Positions 18,896 through 27,827 of a DNA stretch of 64,000 nt are shown here, one piece after another. The position numbers and the translations under genes are program-made. Position 1 is the first letter of the stretch, and each line of letters starts with the position of its first letter. The notes under the pieces are model-generated. The model was given only the letters and a program-made list of their open reading frames with translations, did no database searches and was not told the DNA's origin. The DNA is from Christensenellales bacterium. Its GTDB lineage: Bacteria; Bacillota; Clostridia; Christensenellales; CAG-138. The stretch covers positions 64,022 to 128,021 of the forward strand of contig JBGULC010000008.1 in NCBI GenBank assembly GCA_045114775.1. The letters are read 5' to 3'.

Positions 18896-18917
18896 AAAAA
18901 GCCGCCTTTCGGCGGCT
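18896..18917 (-). terminator. terminator-like hairpin between yloV and recG
   Basis: On the minus strand: AGCCGCC-GAAA-GGCGGCT followed by TTTTGC and then the recG ATG. Confidence 0.65.
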
Positions 18918-18924
18918 GTGTTCG

Positions 18925-20580
18925 TTATTCAACGGATAGATAATAATAGTACAACGGCTGCCCGCCTCTTGCAACGATGAACTCGGCTTCTTCAAAGCGC
19001 TCCTGTAAATGATCGGCAAGCGCTTCCGCATCCTCCTCATCGACAGCTTCGCCGTAGTACAGATTCACGATCGGATCTTCGATGTTGCGCTTCTCGATCA
19101 TCTTGCAAACGATCTGCTCAACGGCGTCGTTCACATCGGATGCGACTGCGGCGATGTCATTGTCGACGATGCCGATCATATCGCCTTCCTTGATGTCGAT
19201 CCCGTTGTAGTGCGTTTCGCGGATCGCGTACGTCACGGCGCCGGAAACGATCTCATTGACCGCATCCTGCATGTTTTCCTTGTTCTCCTCAAGAGAAAGA
19301 TCCGGATTGAACGCCATTGCCGCCGCAACACCCTGCGGGATCGTCTTTGTCGGAAGCACGATCACGTTGCAGGAGCAAAGGTTCTGCGCCTGCTGCGCCG
19401 CCAGAATGATGTTGGAATTGTTCGGAAGAACGAATACGTTCCTTGCATTGCACTGGCCGACCGTATTCACGATCGTGTCGATGCTCGGATTCATCGTCTG
19501 TCCGCCGGATATGATGCGATCGACCGAGAAATTCCGGAAAATCTCATCAATCCCGTCGCCCGCGCTGACCGCAACAATTCCGTATTCTTTCTCGTTGCGT
19601 TTTTTCTGTTCGATCAGCTGACGGTTCTGTTCGCGCATGTTTTCGATTTTGAGCCGATCGAGCTCGCCGAACCGCATCGCAAACTGCAGGATCTTGCCCG
19701 GGCAGTTGGAATGCACATGTACCTTTACAAAATCATCTCCGGCTGCAACGACAACGGAGTCGCCGACTTTCACAAGATGATCGCGAAGCCGTTCGAGATC
19801 CTCCTCGGAAAAGCCCTCCACAAGACGAACGATAAAGAATTCCGTGCAGTAGCCGAATTCAATATCCTCTGTGGAGAAATGATCGAGGTTTGCTCCTTCC
19901 TCTGCGGGAGGTTCTTCCTCAACTGCCGGTTCTTCCGTCAATTCCGGAAGCTCTTCTCCCGTGATAACCGCCATGAAGCCTCTGTACACCGTCAAAAGGC
20001 CGTAACCGCCGCTGTCGACAACCCCCGCTTCTTTCAGTACGGGAAGAAGATTCGGCGTATTGTCGAGCGCTTCCTGACCGACGGTCAAAAGGGATTCCAT
20101 AAAATCGGCAAGCGAAACGCGGCTTTTGCGCTTCAACAGTGCGACAGCTGCCTGAGAGATCATTCTCGATACGGTCAGGATCGTGCCTTCTTTCGGGCGA
20201 AGGACCGCCTTGTATGCCGCGTTTGTACCGGTTTCAAGCGCATCCGCGAACATTGCAACGGTAATCTCTTTTTGTCCTTTGCAGACCTGTTGATAACCGC
20301 GGAAAAGCTGTGACAGGATAACGCCGGAATTGCCGCGCGCATTCTTCAGCGCGCCGATGGCGACGGCATCCATAACCTCGCCGACCGTGACGTTGTCCGA
20401 CATATTGCGGAGCTCCTTTACGGCGCCCTGCATCGTCATAGACATATTGGTACCCGTATCTCCGTCAGGAACCGGAAAAACATTCAATGAGTCTATATAT
20501 GCTTTGTTCTTTTCAAGATTGGCCGCGCCGCCGAGAAACATATCCCGCAGCAGCTCGCCGTTGATACTATTGCTGTTCAA
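18925..20580 (-). CDS. DAK2-domain fusion protein (YloV family)
   Basis: Dak phosphatase motif is PDGDTGTNM. At 551 aa, it keeps the position between the Asp23 gene and recG seen in B. subtilis yloU-yloV-recG. Confidence 0.85.
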   Translation of the reverse strand: MNSNSINGELLRDMFLGGAANLEKNKAYIDSLNVFPVPDGDTGTNMSMTMQGAVKELRNMSDNVTVGEVMDAVAIGALKNARGNSGVILSQLFRGYQQVCKGQKEITVAMFADALETGTNAAYKAVLRPKEGTILTVSRMISQAAVALLKRKSRVSLADFMESLLTVGQEALDNTPNLLPVLKEAGVVDSGGYGLLTVYRGFMAVITGEELPELTEEPAVEEEPPAEEGANLDHFSTEDIEFGYCTEFFIVRLVEGFSEEDLERLRDHLVKVGDSVVVAAGDDFVKVHVHSNCPGKILQFAMRFGELDRLKIENMREQNRQLIEQKKRNEKEYGIVAVSAGDGIDEIFRNFSVDRIISGGQTMNPSIDTIVNTVGQCNARNVFVLPNNSNIILAAQQAQNLCSCNVIVLPTKTIPQGVAAAMAFNPDLSLEENKENMQDAVNEIVSGAVTYAIRETHYNGIDIKEGDMIGIVDNDIAAVASDVNDAVEQIVCKMIEKRNIEDPIVNLYYGEAVDEEDAEALADHLQERFEEAEFIVARGGQPLYYYYLSVE

Positions 20581-20603
20581 TGCTCAAACCCTCCGAAATC
20601 CGC

Positions 20604-20960
20604 TTACTGCACGCGAATGCTTTCTACAAAGATATTCACGCAGCGAACGGAGACTCCGGTCAAATCCTCGATCCGATACCGTACGTTTTGTTTTGTATTC
20701 TGTGAAACTGCCGGCAAAGATACGCCGTATTGAAGCGCAACGTGAAGCGATACATCGACCTGCGTATCGCTGACCTTCTCAACGAGGACGCCCTTCTGCA
20801 GATTTTCTCTGCCGAACAGCTCAACGATCGCATCGCCCGCGCTTCTTGCGCACATGCCGACGATTCCGTAATTCTCTACCGCAGCATATCCCGCGATCGT
20901 AGCAATCAGATCTTCGGAAACGGAAACAGTTCCCATCTCGTTCGCGACAAGAATCGCCAT
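20604..20960 (-). CDS. Asp23/Gls24-family protein (YloU-like)
   Basis: This 118-aa protein reads VSEDLIATIAGYAAVENYGIVGM... and shows synteny with yloV. Confidence 0.8.
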   Translation of the reverse strand: MAILVANEMGTVSVSEDLIATIAGYAAVENYGIVGMCARSAGDAIVELFGRENLQKGVLVEKVSDTQVDVSLHVALQYGVSLPAVSQNTKQNVRYRIEDLTGVSVRCVNIFVESIRVQ

Positions 20961-21010
20961 GATAGAACCTCCTTTGATAATCTGTAATACTTACTGTGCA
21001 ACAGCGTCTA

Positions 21011-21751
21011 TTATTCTTTTTCTTCCCAAACGCCGTTATGGAAGACTTCCTGCACGTCGTCGTTGTCGTCCATGCGTTCAAGGAAGCGTTCAATCTTTTC
21101 GATCGTTTCGGGATCGTCAATGTTCGTCGTATTCTTCGGGATCTGGCTGATCTCCGCGGAAAGGAAGGTATAGCCGAGGCCCTCAAGTCCTTCGCGAACG
21201 CTGGAGAAATCTGCGGGAGCCGTATACACTTCAAACGCGTCGTCCTGCGCGACAAAATCTTCCGCGCCTGCGTCGAGCGCCTGCATCATGACCTCGTCCT
21301 CATCCATCAGCGCAGTGCGTTCGATAACGATCAGTCCCTTTTTATCGAACATCCACGCAACGGAGCCCGATGCGCCCATGTTGCCGCCGCTCTTGGAGAA
21401 GATATGACGCATCTCCGCCGCGATACGGTTGCGGTTGTCGGTCAGAACGTTCACGATCACAGCGATGTTGCCCGGGCCGTACCCTTCGTAAACGACCTCT
21501 TCATAATCAACGTTGTTGCCGTCGCCGCTGGCCTTCTTGATCGAACGGGAGATGTTGTCGTTCGGCATATTGGCAGCCTTTGCTTTCGCAATAACGTCAC
21601 GAAGCTTGGAGTTGTTCGCCGGGTCCGCACCGCCGCCCTCTTTGACTGCGATCGCGATCTCACGGCCGATCTTCGTAAATATCTTACCCTTTTGGGCGTC
21701 GGTTTTTTCTTTCTTGTTCTTAATGTTTGCCCATTTGGAATGTCCGGACAT
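21011..21751 (-). CDS. YebC/PmpR-family DNA-binding regulator
   Basis: N-terminus MSGHSKWANIKNKK. Length is 246 aa. Confidence 0.9.
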   Translation of the reverse strand: MSGHSKWANIKNKKEKTDAQKGKIFTKIGREIAIAVKEGGGADPANNSKLRDVIAKAKAANMPNDNISRSIKKASGDGNNVDYEEVVYEGYGPGNIAVIVNVLTDNRNRIAAEMRHIFSKSGGNMGASGSVAWMFDKKGLIVIERTALMDEDEVMMQALDAGAEDFVAQDDAFEVYTAPADFSSVREGLEGLGYTFLSAEISQIPKNTTNIDDPETIEKIERFLERMDDNDDVQEVFHNGVWEEKE

Positions 21752-21782
21752 AGTATTTCCTCCTACCTATAAATAAATCTTG

Positions 21783-22448
21783 TTAAAGCAGTTCCGCTGC
21801 TTCTTCGTCCAGTATAAAAGTCGCTCCGGGATGCAAACGCAATGCCGCCAGCGGAGACTCCGTCAGATTTCCGGACAGCATGTTTTTTACCGCTTCCGAA
21901 AATGCCTTTCCCGTTGCTACGACAATCGGATGTTTCGCCTGCATCAGCATCGACAGTCCGGCCGTAACAAAACTGTCACCGTCCGCCGTTTCCTCATGCG
22001 AAGCCGGATCGCAGTCCGCCGTCCGATTCATAAGGAGCGAACCGTCCTGCCGTACCGCAATCAGTGCAACATCCAGCCCACCGTCTTCCAGAACGGAACG
22101 TTCAAACGCTTCAGCCGTTTTTTTCGGCGTAAGTTCCGAACAAAACGGAATTTTGTAATGCTCCTCAGCAATACCGGTTTCCGCAAATAACGCTTTCCCG
22201 AGAAGCTTTGCAATGCGCTTCTCCTTATTCTCTGCGGGCACAAACTCGAACAGCTGATAAACCTTCGTGCTGTCCCAGCGCAGCAAGCCGTGCTCCGTCA
22301 ATTCATTGAGCGCATAAAACGTCGGAAGCAGCGATTCATGATAATCGACTCCTATCACGCATCTCGGATCCGTCAGCATATGCGAGGCGATCAGCATCGC
22401 CGCACAGGTCCCGACCGATTCCGTATTGCGATAGATCAGAACGCTCAT
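21783..22448 (-). CDS. NagB/6-phosphogluconolactonase-fold protein with a degenerate active site
   Basis: Overall NagB-like layout, but the canonical GLxTGxTP, N(L/M)DEY and GxxGHIAFNEP blocks read GVDYHESL, FEFVPA and RQDGSLLMNRT. Confidence 0.5.
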   Translation of the reverse strand: MSVLIYRNTESVGTCAAMLIASHMLTDPRCVIGVDYHESLLPTFYALNELTEHGLLRWDSTKVYQLFEFVPAENKEKRIAKLLGKALFAETGIAEEHYKIPFCSELTPKKTAEAFERSVLEDGGLDVALIAVRQDGSLLMNRTADCDPASHEETADGDSFVTAGLSMLMQAKHPIVVATGKAFSEAVKNMLSGNLTESPLAALRLHPGATFILDEEAAELL

Positions 22449-23389
22449 TCCTTTTCACCCGCCGTGCAGACCGTTTCGATGAACAAGAGAATGTCGCCGT
22501 ATACTTCCTTGCGGTTTGTCTCGTTGAGCATCTCATGACGTCCTTCCGGATACAGCTTCATTGTAACCGTGTGGCCGCTCTTCAAAAGCCATTGATTGAC
22601 CTGTTTGACGCCCTTGCCCATTCCTCCGACAGGGTCGTTGCTGCCGGACATCAGGAAGATCGGCCGGTTCGGTACACGCTTTGCCCAGTTCAAGTTGGAA
22701 ACCTCGGATAGGCCGGTAAAGAGATCATAGAACGCACAGGATGTGAAAACGAATCCGCACAGCGGATCCTCGACGTATTTGTCGACGGACGCCGTATCAC
22801 GGGAAAGCCAGTCGCATTCCGTGCGCGCATCCTTGAATTTTTTGTTGTATGCGCCGAAGCTCAGCTTATTGAGCGTCTCGTTCGGCTGCTTTCCCTTGCC
22901 CTTTTTGATGGCGCTTTTTGCGAGCATCTTCGCAACGGGAAGCGCGGGATTTGCGCCTGCCGTACCCGAAAAAACGAACGCATCAAAATCAACGCCCATT
23001 CGCCCGGCATACGTTCTTGCAAGGAAGCTGCCCATGGAATGACCGAAGAGAATGCACGCCAGAGAAGGATGCTCCTTCATGACGGCGTCATGCATGGTTT
23101 TGTTGTCTGTAATCAAATGGTCCCAGCCGTCTTTGTCTCCGAAATACCCCTTCGGCTGGTCCTTGCCGATGGACTTGCCATGTCCTGGAAGATCCATTCC
23201 GAATACGAGGAACCCGTTTTCGGCAAGAAATGTCGCAAAATCATGGTACCGTTCGATGTGTTCGGCCATGCCGTGAATGATCTGCACGCATGCGCGCGGT
23301 TCTTCCGGAGCCCAAATACGATACCGAACGTCACAAATTCCCGTTGAAGAAGGGAAGCGTTTGTCCCGCACCACAATACCCATGTGCAT
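22445..23389 (-). CDS. alpha/beta hydrolase (lysophospholipase / monoacylglycerol-lipase-like)
   Basis: HGMAEHIERY...GHGKS, with nucleophile elbow GHSMGS. Confidence 0.8.
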   Translation of the reverse strand: MHMGIVVRDKRFPSSTGICDVRYRIWAPEEPRACVQIIHGMAEHIERYHDFATFLAENGFLVFGMDLPGHGKSIGKDQPKGYFGDKDGWDHLITDNKTMHDAVMKEHPSLACILFGHSMGSFLARTYAGRMGVDFDAFVFSGTAGANPALPVAKMLAKSAIKKGKGKQPNETLNKLSFGAYNKKFKDARTECDWLSRDTASVDKYVEDPLCGFVFTSCAFYDLFTGLSEVSNLNWAKRVPNRPIFLMSGSNDPVGGMGKGVKQVNQWLLKSGHTVTMKLYPEGRHEMLNETNRKEVYGDILLFIETVCTAGEKE

Positions 23390-23443
23390 TCCTCCGCATA
23401 ATATTGATATGCTATCATACCATACGAAGAAAAAAAGTGCAAG

Positions 23444-23995
23444 TCAAAGCGTGATTTTTTCGTCAAAATGCAGAATTTGTTCGTCTGAAGCTTCATGCGT
23501 GACAACTATCGCGAGTTTGGCCGAACGGATCAGATCTGCGGCACGATGCTTGTTCAATTCATCGAGACCGCTGAACGGTTCGTCCAATAAAACGACGTCT
23601 TCGGAAAATGCGAGCGCACGCGCAATGGATACGCGCTGCTTTTGTCCTCCGGACAGCGCGCCGGCCTTCTGATCCAGCTCAGATTCCATATTCAGCTTGC
23701 GCAGCAATCCTTCCGCTGTTTTTCGATTGGACACAAGCGCGACGTTTTCCAGCGCAGTCAGATGATCCAAGAGCCTTGGCTCCTGAAAGACGACGGAAAC
23801 TCTTCTGTTTTCCAGTCCCGAAATTGTTCCGGCGTCCTGCTTTTTTAGTCCGCATAGCACGCGAAGCAGAGTTGTTTTTCCGATCCCAGACTCCCCCGAA
23901 ATCAAAACCACCCCGCGATCCGGGATCGAAAACGACGCGGATCGGAAAACCTGCTTATCTCCGAGCTTGACGGAAAGATCCTTGATCTCAATCAT
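23444..23995 (-). CDS. ABC transporter ATP-binding protein (minimal 183-aa NBD)
   Basis: Walker A GESGIGKTT, signature LSGGQKQR, Walker B VLLDEP, and an H-loop TH. Confidence 0.85.
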   Translation of the reverse strand: MIEIKDLSVKLGDKQVFRSASFSIPDRGVVLISGESGIGKTTLLRVLCGLKKQDAGTISGLENRRVSVVFQEPRLLDHLTALENVALVSNRKTAEGLLRKLNMESELDQKAGALSGGQKQRVSIARALAFSEDVVLLDEPFSGLDELNKHRAADLIRSAKLAIVVTHEASDEQILHFDEKITL

Positions 23996-24737
23996 ATCTT
24001 TGCCCCGCTTTCTTCAATACGAACCGAATCCCGGTTTCAATCAGCACCGAAAACACGATCACGATCAACGTCCATGCAAACAGTTCGGGCGTGTCAAAGT
24101 AGATTTTGCTGTTCTGCATTTGTCTTCCGATCCCGAATGCGGGAAGCGCAAGGATCTCCGCGGTGATGACGGCTTTCCAAGCAAAGCCGAGCGCCGTGGA
24201 CGCCGTTGCGAAGAAACGCGGCAAAACCTGCGGAAGCGTTACGTAACGCAGCTTCTTCCAAAACGATAGATAGATATGCGCCATTTCCGAAAGCTGTTCG
24301 CTTCTGTTCCGGATCGCCTCTTCCGTCGTCTGCCAGATCATGGGAATCACAACGATCATCGCGACGGCGACGGGGACAACGCCGGATGCGAGCGATACCA
24401 GGAGGATCAGCGCAAACGAAGTGATCGGCGTCGTTTTGATCAGGGAGCGCAAGGGCTTCAGCAGCCAGTCGAATACCGGCAGATGCGCGGTGAGTACGGC
24501 AAGTAAAACACCGATCGCGCAGCCCAGAATGTATCCGATCATGATGCGCAGAAGTGTGGATCCGATGGAGTGCCAGCCTGCGGGCGAACCGAAAACCGAG
24601 AGGGACGCCGCCGCCGTTTCTTTGGGAGAAGGCAGCAGCAAGCTGTTGCCGACAAGCATCGACAACAGCTGCCATACTGCGATATATACTGCGATCGGAA
24701 CGCAGGCTTTCAGTACTTTAAGAAGGATCCGCCGCAT
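23988..24737 (-). CDS. ABC transporter permease (NitT/TauT-type)
   Basis: Six hydrophobic segments. It overlaps both the NBD and the binding-protein genes. Confidence 0.8.
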   Translation of the reverse strand: MRRILLKVLKACVPIAVYIAVWQLLSMLVGNSLLLPSPKETAAASLSVFGSPAGWHSIGSTLLRIMIGYILGCAIGVLLAVLTAHLPVFDWLLKPLRSLIKTTPITSFALILLVSLASGVVPVAVAMIVVIPMIWQTTEEAIRNRSEQLSEMAHIYLSFWKKLRYVTLPQVLPRFFATASTALGFAWKAVITAEILALPAFGIGRQMQNSKIYFDTPELFAWTLIVIVFSVLIETGIRFVLKKAGQRYD

Positions 24738-25746
24738 AATAGAACGCGTCGTCCGGAAGATTTCCGCCGACAGATTTCGGATTGGCGTCGAACAGGACTT
24801 TCAGCATTGCGGAAACGTAAGCCTTCATCTCTGCACCCTTGACGAGTGTGATGTTGCAATTCGGAATCGCTTTCTTTGCAATCGGCTCCTTGGGAATGAT
24901 CCCCTGCTCCACGATCACTTTCGCTGCGTCCTCCGCGCTGACGACCTTTAGGGCAGAAGCTTCTGCGTCGGAGATAAAGGCGTCGACCTGATCCTTATGC
25001 GATTCAAGGTATTCGGTGCGCACAACATAAACGCCCTGCACAAGCTGCGTATCGTTCTTTTCGTTCCAAAGGTCGTTGACCTTCAAAGCAATGCGAACAT
25101 CGCTGCTCTTAGCCGTTGCGACCGATACGTGCGGTTCCGGAAGAAGCGCGATCTGCACGGTGCCGTCTGCAAGTTTGGCGATCAGTTCCGTGTTATCGGC
25201 GATATACTCGACCTGAACGGAATCCGTAAGACCGTTCGCCGCAAGCAGGTAGTTCAGGATATACTCCGGCGTGCTGCCCTGACCGGTGGCATAGATCGTT
25301 TTACCGGCTAGGTCTGCAATGCTTTGTACGCTATTGCCGTTTTCAAGGAAATACAGTACGCCGAGCGTGTTGACTGCGATCACCTTGACCCCGCCGTTTG
25401 TTTTGTTATACAGCACGGATGCAAGGTTGATCGGTACGGCGGAAATGTCGATCTCGCCGTTGACGATCTTTGCGGTGACCTGATCCGGTGCGGTAAACAG
25501 TTCCACGTTGTACTTGTCCTTCATATCCTGCATCATGTAAGCAAGGCCCATACCGGTCGGACCGGCAAGCGCCGCGACCTTGACAGGTTCTTCAGGCGCT
25601 GCGGATTTTTCAGGAGCTACAGGCTCTTCAGGCGCTGCGGTTTTTTCAGTCGCAGCAGTTTCTTCGTTCTTCTGAGGTTCCTGTGTGCAGGCAAAAGCGG
25701 TCAGCATCATCAGCAGCGCAAGGCAGATCAGTACGAATTTCTTCAT
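24718..25746 (-). CDS. ABC substrate-binding lipoprotein (NMT1/THI5-like)
   Basis: The signal peptide ends in a lipobox-like LTAFAC, followed by a Pro/Glu/Ala linker with a 12-aa repeat. The fold call is from overall similarity only. Confidence 0.65.
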   Translation of the reverse strand: MKKFVLICLALLMMLTAFACTQEPQKNEETAATEKTAAPEEPVAPEKSAAPEEPVKVAALAGPTGMGLAYMMQDMKDKYNVELFTAPDQVTAKIVNGEIDISAVPINLASVLYNKTNGGVKVIAVNTLGVLYFLENGNSVQSIADLAGKTIYATGQGSTPEYILNYLLAANGLTDSVQVEYIADNTELIAKLADGTVQIALLPEPHVSVATAKSSDVRIALKVNDLWNEKNDTQLVQGVYVVRTEYLESHKDQVDAFISDAEASALKVVSAEDAAKVIVEQGIIPKEPIAKKAIPNCNITLVKGAEMKAYVSAMLKVLFDANPKSVGGNLPDDAFYYAADPS

Positions 25747-26414
25747 GGTTCATAGTCCTCCAGCATTATGATTTCTTTTCCGTTTCGACGGATTTTATGT
25801 TCTTCCTCCAGTGTGTCCAGCGCACGGTATAATGTTGCACGGCTGACACAAAGGGATTCGGAAAGCTTTGTATAGTTCTTTACGCAGCAGACGCCGTCCT
25901 TCGATTCCGCGGACAAATAGGTCAAGATCCTTGCCGCAACGGAATTCTTTGAAAAGGCATCCAGTCTTTTGCTCAAGAAACGGATCCGATCATTCAGATA
26001 GGACAGGTAGTTTTTGAGAACCGTTTTGTTATCGGAAAGCAGATTCAAGAACGCATCTTCCGAAATGATCAACGCACGAACGCGTTCGTTGCAACAGATG
26101 TTCGTTACATACGGTTCATTTTTTGAAAACAGCGACGCCGCGCCGAACAGATCGTTTTTATGCAGCGTAGCCATGTGCATCATCCCGTCGCAGCTTTCAC
26201 GTCTGACGTCCGCCGTTCCGCGCAGAAGGATTCCGAGCCGATCCGAAACATCATTCTTGCGGAACAGGTATTCCCCCGCTTCGTATTCGGTTATCGTTAC
26301 GTCGGCACGGATCAGCCAATCGCGGATCGTCTCTTCCTTCACTTGTCGGAACAAGACAGTGCCGCAGAGCTGATGCGCGTACCGTTCCGCTTGTAATACA
26401 GTACTCAAAATCAA
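25743..26414 (-). CDS. Crp/Fnr-family transcriptional regulator
   Basis: A cNMP-binding-like N-terminus and a C-terminal HTH (LSESLCVSRATLYRALDTLEEE). The start codon is TTG. Its stop overlaps the ATG of the binding-protein gene (ATGA). Confidence 0.75.
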   Translation of the reverse strand: MILSTVLQAERYAHQLCGTVLFRQVKEETIRDWLIRADVTITEYEAGEYLFRKNDVSDRLGILLRGTADVRRESCDGMMHMATLHKNDLFGAASLFSKNEPYVTNICCNERVRALIISEDAFLNLLSDNKTVLKNYLSYLNDRIRFLSKRLDAFSKNSVAARILTYLSAESKDGVCCVKNYTKLSESLCVSRATLYRALDTLEEEHKIRRNGKEIIMLEDYEP

Positions 26415-26439
26415 TTATTCCGTTTCATATGATACAAAT

Positions 26440-26468
26440 ATGCTAACATTTATATTGCTACTTGTCAA
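26440..26468 (-). promoter_or_regulatory. putative promoter of the Crp/ABC importer operon
   Basis: On the minus strand: TTGACA (26468-26463), 17-nt spacer, TAGCAT (26445-26440). Its -35 shares the same base pairs as the -35 of the divergent xth promoter. Confidence 0.45.
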
Positions 26469-26490
26469 TATGCGATTATGAATATATAAT
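26462..26490 (+). promoter_or_regulatory. putative promoter of xth-maf-uvrC
   Basis: TTGTCA (26462-26467), 17-nt spacer, TATAAT (26485-26490). Confidence 0.55.
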
Positions 26491-26496
26491 AGCGTT

Positions 26497-27261
26497 ATGA
26501 AACTGGTCAGTTGGAATGTAAACGGGCTTCGCGCCTGTCTTCAGAAGGGGTTCGACGATTTCCTGCAAAGGGAGTCGCCGGACGTCATTGCGCTGCAGGA
26601 AACGAAGCTGCAACCGGAGCAGCTTACGTATACGCCGGAAGGCTACCATACGTATTATTTCAGCGCGCAGAAAAAGGGGTATTCGGGTACCGCTGTTTTC
26701 TGCAAAGCAGAACCGTCAGGTATTCGGTACGGGATCGGTGACGATCGCTTCGATGCGGAAGGTCGGTCGATCACGCTGTTCTTCCCCGCCTTCACGTTTG
26801 TAACGGCTTATGCCCCGAATGCGCAGGAAGGACTGAAGCGGCTTGATTTCCGCACCGAATGGGAAACTGCCATACGCGCATATCTTTCCGAGCTTGCAGA
26901 AAAGGGCCCCGTCATTTATTGCGGCGATCTCAACGTCGCGCATCAGGAGATCGACCTTAAAAATCCCGGGCCGAACCGCGGAAATGCGGGATTCTCCGAT
27001 GAAGAGCGCGCGATGTTCGGCAATCTTCTGAACGCCGGTTTTACCGATACGTTCCGCTTCAAGTACCCGGATCTGACCGGTGCGTATTCTTGGTGGAGCT
27101 ACCGTTTTCGCGCACGCGAACACAACGCGGGATGGCGTATCGACTATTTTCTTGTACGGGAACAGGATCGCGACAGGATTTCCGACGCGATCATCTATCA
27201 CGACGTCTTCGGCAGCGACCATTGTCCGGTCGGTCTGATCTGGGAGGGCACATGGAATTGA
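26497..27261 (+). CDS. xth: exodeoxyribonuclease III
   Basis: MKLVSWNVNGLRA, LQETK, and SDHCPV at the C-terminus. Confidence 0.9.
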   Translation: MKLVSWNVNGLRACLQKGFDDFLQRESPDVIALQETKLQPEQLTYTPEGYHTYYFSAQKKGYSGTAVFCKAEPSGIRYGIGDDRFDAEGRSITLFFPAFTFVTAYAPNAQEGLKRLDFRTEWETAIRAYLSELAEKGPVIYCGDLNVAHQEIDLKNPGPNRGNAGFSDEERAMFGNLLNAGFTDTFRFKYPDLTGAYSWWSYRFRAREHNAGWRIDYFLVREQDRDRISDAIIYHDVFGSDHCPVGLIWEGTWN

Positions 27262-27827
27262 TCCTTGCTTCGCAATCACCGCGACGTCATGAGATCATGG
27301 ATTTCATGGGGTTAAGCTATCGCACCGAAGTCTGCACGGAGCCGGAACGGATCGCGGAAAGTCTTACCGTACCCGAAACTGTCATGCACATTGCAAGGCA
27401 GAAAGCGGAGTTTGCGCTCCGTCTGCATCCCGACGCCTGTGCAATCGGCGCCGACACGATCGTTTATCTTGACGGAGAAATTATCGGAAAGCCGAAATCT
27501 CCCGAGGATGCAGTTCAAACGCTGCGGCGCATGCAGGGACGCTCTCACATCGTTTATACGGGTCTTGCCGTGCTGAAAGAAAACTATTCCGATGTTCGCT
27601 ATGCGGCTACGAAGGTCCGATTTCGTCCGATGTCCGAAAAAGAGATCTTTTGGTATGTTTCCACGGGAGAACCGCTCGACAAAGCCGGGTCCTACGGCGT
27701 ACAGGGGCTCGGATCCGTTTTTGTTGAGTCCATCGAAGGCAATTATTTCAACGTCGTCGGGCTGCCTTCCCCCATCCTGTATGAGATGCTCATAAGAGCG
27801 AACGCAATCGCGGAAGATCGGACATGA
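27252..27827 (+). CDS. maf: Maf-family nucleoside triphosphate pyrophosphatase
   Basis: LILASQSPRR and GAYGIQG-like YGVQGLG. The start is trimmed to MELILAS and overlaps xth by 10 nt. Confidence 0.85.
   Translation: MELILASQSPRRHEIMDFMGLSYRTEVCTEPERIAESLTVPETVMHIARQKAEFALRLHPDACAIGADTIVYLDGEIIGKPKSPEDAVQTLRRMQGRSHIVYTGLAVLKENYSDVRYAATKVRFRPMSEKEIFWYVSTGEPLDKAGSYGVQGLGSVFVESIEGNYFNVVGLPSPILYEMLIRANAIAEDRT

Noticed and set aside
23444-23995. The 183-aa ABC ATPase as a truncated pseudogene.
   Set aside because: Walker A, the Q-loop region, the LSGGQ signature, Walker B, the D-loop and the H-loop are all present, and the gene overlaps the permease gene normally. It looks like a minimal but intact NBD.
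26415-26496. Crp-type palindrome or riboswitch in the crp/xth divergent region.
   Set aside because: There is only a weak CATAT-N7-ATATG repeat, and no TGTGA-N6-TCACA-like site. The region is too short and too AT-rich to hold a recognisable riboswitch fold.
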